Below, piece by piece: positions 59,857 through 64,000 of a stretch of DNA of 64,000 nt (its first letter is position 1; every line of letters begins with the position of its first letter). The notes beneath the pieces are model-generated. The model ran no database searches and had not been told where the DNA came from. It saw nothing but the letters and a program-made list of their open reading frames with translations. The stretch is from assembly GCF_009914755.1 (NCBI RefSeq), contig NC_060927.1; one strand, written 5' to 3'. Source of the stretch: the human T2T-CHM13v2.0 reference genome, Homo sapiens. The position numbers and the translations under genes are program-made.

Positions 59857-62800
59857 AGCTACTAGGTTAATGTTTATATAACTATTTAGAAAAATATATA
59901 CTCAAGATGACAGAGAAAGTAACTAGCAGAATTCAGCAATGTTTCTTAATGTAATAGAGTTGAAGGGAGGGAGTTCACTCTTACCTAAAGCCCAGAATTT
60001 TGAGTTGTTTTTTTGTCCCATTATTTTTTTTCTAGGCAAGTTTCACTGCCATTGCTAGAGAGCAGGAGAAAGAATGGCCCATTTGTTTAGTGATGACAAA
60101 TAGCAGCTTTGGTCCTTACCTGGGAGGCTGTGTCAACCTGGGCCTGCCTTTTGTGTATGCCTATGGGCAGCAAGTAGGGATTCAGTGTGGTAGCTGGAAC
60201 CTGGCTGGGCTCCAATTTGGCGTGTGTCTATCATTGTTTGGGGAACACTTTGTGCCTGCTGAGGCGCACTCCTCTCTCAGTGACTAGAGCTAAAAAAAAC
60301 AAAAGCTCCTGGTGCCAAGGCTACCGGCCTTATCTATAAATCACTTATTCTTTCTTCCTGTCTCTTCAAGGGTAGTTTGACCTTAGCTCAGTGCCTGTAT
60401 AGGCACAACTCATCAATTTTTCACTGACAAGTTAAAAGACCAAGTGCAAATGGCTTCTCTGATTCCTGAAACAGTGTCAGTCTTACATATGAGTACCTTT
60501 TTTGACCTATTGGTGACTAGTACCTCCAAGAATATGTGTGTGTGCATGTACATGCTTGTGTGTGTTTACCACTCTGTACACATTACCATTAATCTAAATG
60601 TATATAAGAATTCATTTTACTTTTTGTTTTTTTAAGAAATCAGAGTTTCAACAATAGCCAATTCATTCCTGTCTATATCTCCGAATACCAGGATGAAATT
60701 TTGAAACAAAGAGAAAGAAAGATAATAGGGCTTTTGTTTCTAATTTTGATTTTTAGTGGAGAAAGTCATTAGTGATTACATAGCTTTACTTATACACTTA
60801 TAGAGGTAAAAATGAAGACCAGAGAACAAAAGAAGCACTCGAGGTCATAGAGCTAACTCACTGCAGAATACACTAACGTCTTAATCTCTTAGACTCTTTA
60901 CACCAAATTTTTCAGGGATGGTTATCTTGGTATCATGAAGCACTTGCAAAATGTAATTATATAATCCATCATTATTATTATAATAACTTCCTTAGGAAAA
61001 ATGACTGGAACCATTAACAGAGATTATCTTGTGGAATAAGATTGCAGGTGATTTTATTACTTTTGCTGTTATCCGAATTTTCTAAAATTTCTATATAAAT
61101 ACTTGTTACCTTAGTGATAATATACATTTTGGCATTTATATTAGCCCTCATTTTCTGAGTGTTCTGCTAGGCGCTTCACATGGATCAGTTTTGTTACTTA
61201 ATTTTTATAAGCCATCTCAATAATAGGTTCTTGTAAACGTGTATTGAACATAACAGAATCCAAAGGTAACACGACCAAAAGGTTACTCTAAAAACGTACC
61301 CTTTCTACTCCTACAATTCTTCTTGAGATGCCTGCTTGACTTCAAGGGCAATGTTCTCCTAGTAACAACAGGTGATTCCAGAGAGGGCTCAAATTTTAAT
61401 GCTTTTCTAAGAAGCCACATTAAAGTATGAAGAGGAAAGTTTCTATTCTAAATGGGTCTACATTGCTCTCAGGTCACTGACCAGGAACATTTACCCCACA
61501 GAGTCAGCAGAGAGGCAGCTGTTCTGGTTGTTTTTTAAATCTGTACAAATAAACAAAGACTTAAAGTGATCAATTATATTTGTACCCATTAAATACTAAA
61601 CATGAAAGTCTTCAAAATGAATAGTGGAAGCGGAGGAATTTGGTGGTAGGTTTTATGTCTCCTTTTATTTACTAAGATGCCCCCACCCTTTTTGGCTTGC
61701 TGTCTAACACAGGACTCAAAGTTGCAAATTAAACAATAGACATCAATTATGCTTTGAGGGGCCCCCCAGCTTGCAACCAGTGTTAATAACTAACCATGAA
61801 GACTAAGTATCACTCACACAGACCTTTAGAAGTAATTGTCTCTGTTTCGTCTGGGACAAGAAGGAACACGACTCCCTGTGTTTGGTCCTGCTCCAGCTCA
61901 TACTTTGCAGTGATGACTTTTGTGTCCAGCATTGGATGTGCCTTACATGTTTCTCATGAGTTAAAATCCCACAACTCATCTTGAATGCCTTTCTGGAGCA
62001 GAATAAGATTTAAGGAAACCTACAGGTAGGAGGCTTCTCTTGTAGAATTTGCAGCTCTGGGCTTCAGGATGCTCACCCCTGAATGCACATAGAAGTTGCC
62101 AGTGTGTCTTTTGGCCTGCTTCTTGTCTCCTGTAGCTTTTGGGTCTAGAAACAGATATGGCTGTAGTCATTCAGAAACCAAAAAAGCTGTCCAGAGACAC
62201 ATGAGATCATTCGCCAAGCACTACACTCTGACCCTGCGTCGCCTCACTTTGGAGCCAGGTCAGTGAGTGTTGTCTCTTGTACTCTTCTAGGAACTCAGAG
62301 TTATCCCCTGAGTGGGGAAGGCTGCTGACCATCACTAGCGTCTTCCCTGGACCTGCTCCCTGACAAATCCACATGCTCTCTGGATTTTGAGTGGCTTGCA
62401 AAACTCAATAAAATTCCACCTATGCCCCCAAAGAATTCAAGTGTAATATTAGAGTTAGTAGCCACTGCTATCATCACTGTCAGGAGTCAGAGGTGATAAA
62501 AGCTGTTTATGGTTCAGAACCAGATTTATGGATCCACAAACTCTCTGGTGTAGCCTAGAAAAGGTAAGAGAATACTTCTCACCTTTGATATGCAGTCGAA
62601 ATCTCCAGTCCTTTATTTACGGAGGAGAGTGGCTATTTTTGAACACTAACACAATGACTCTGGCTTTGCTGCCTAACTACGAGGAGAGTTCCAATTTCTA
62701 CCTGGGCCCAGACCCCTGATTACTGCTCGATGATCCCCTAGGTTATCTCTTCTTTGACCTCCATGACAACAAACCATTATGTGGGTGGTTAGCATTTGCC

Positions 62801-63794
62801 TGTCTCTGGACCCTGATGTTAGCCTACTACTCTTTTTCTATTACATGTAACTGGCTGATCTTTCATGTCTGCTTGTCTCCCATGGACATCCAAATAACCA
62901 TCTCTCTGTTTCACCCCTGGTGGAAAAAACATGAAAATCCATGTTTGTGATCTGTATTTGTAAGTCAGAGAGCAGCTTTGTTACCATCAAATGCTATATT
63001 TTTATGATATTGACATCCTATAATCAGAATCATTCTTTGGAGCACAGATCAAAGAGAAAACAGAAAGCCACAACAGTTCCCAGTACTGTAATTACAAAAC
63101 AAAATAAACAAGCAAAACATATGTTGGGCGTTTCATATATTGGGGTACCTGTTCAGTATCAATGTGATACCATGAGTAAATTTTTGTTGTTTCTATTTTG
63201 GTCATCAATTTTCTTATCTATAAAAAAAGACAGTTGCACTCACTGTTCTCCAGAGTCCTTCTGAGCACAACTCACCTAAAACCCCCTTTTTAAAACATCA
63301 AACTGTATATTAACAGCTAACCTTAAATGAGAAGATAGTCAGGAAAACCAAGTGTGTAATTGTGGCTTGGAGGATGGGATTAGGAGTTGCCCCAAACTGT
63401 CCTGTGCTTCCTGTCTGTATCAGCTTCGGTGAGTGCAGAAAAGACTGACCGTGTCTGTGAACACTCACATAGATGTTTTGACTACTTGGTGGTGAGCACA
63501 CCTCTTTCAGGTAGGATAGGCTCTTTCTCTGAGTCACTGACCAGCCCTTGTTGACTGTAATCATCAGAGGAATGAGAATATTATCCACGGAAAAAGGGAT
63601 TATTGTTTTTTTCCGAGGATCACAAAGAGACTTGTAAATAGTCCTTTAATTCCATTTTTCTCAACTCAAGAAGATACCACACTTGTAATTCCTGCCTGCA
63701 ACACAGCTTGGATTGAATTGTCATGAAAAGTGCCATCTAATTTCAGTAGCTAACCATGACTACTAGTGACACTTGTATGTGTTTAGCCTTTCAC

Positions 63795-63975
63795 TGATGT
63801 TTTTACATCTATTATCTCACTTTATCCACAGAATAGCACACCAAGGCAGGTGCAAGAGATATGATCATTTAACCGATAAGGAAACTGAGACTCACAGAAG
63901 TAAAAGCACTTGTCTGGGTCGCACAACTAAAATCTGGATTTTCTGACTCCAAATGGTGATTTTTCTTCACAATCT
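63795..63975 (-). mobile_element. MIR
   Basis: GATAAGGAAACTGAGACTCACAGAAGTAAAAGCACTTGTCTGGGTCGCACAACT...TCTGACTCCAAA. Confidence 0.8.
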
Positions 63976-64000
63976 CAAATATGGAGATATTTTATATTCT

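Overview
This is AT-rich primate (human-like) nuclear DNA, either intergenic or deep intronic, and mostly transposable-element debris. It holds Alu (J/S/Y), L1 (L1PA/PB/MA/MB/MC/ME), MaLR LTR elements (MLT1, MST, THE1A), ERVL-type LTRs (MLT2, LTR16/33-like), MIR/L2 and DNA transposons (MER58A, Tigger3a). I could not support any protein-coding gene, RNA gene or CRISPR array. The longer ORFs I could place are Alu, L1 or MaLR read-through, and none of the rest resembles a protein I recognise. I did not find a convincing new biological system. The notable signals are structural: (1) a 115-bp, ~98%-identical inverted copy of a THE1A 5' LTR replacing part of its own internal region; (2) a 29-bp VNTR grown from the tip of an old L1; (3) a local ~78-bp duplication ending in a perfected hairpin; (4) compound palindromes; (5) chimeric or trimeric Alus; (6) an apparently complete LTR-int-LTR MLT1 provirus with nested insertions; (7) a possible hAT transposase C-terminal relic. 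Repeat subfamily names come from my recall of consensus sequences and need RepeatMasker/Dfam confirmation. Boundaries of old elements are approximate.
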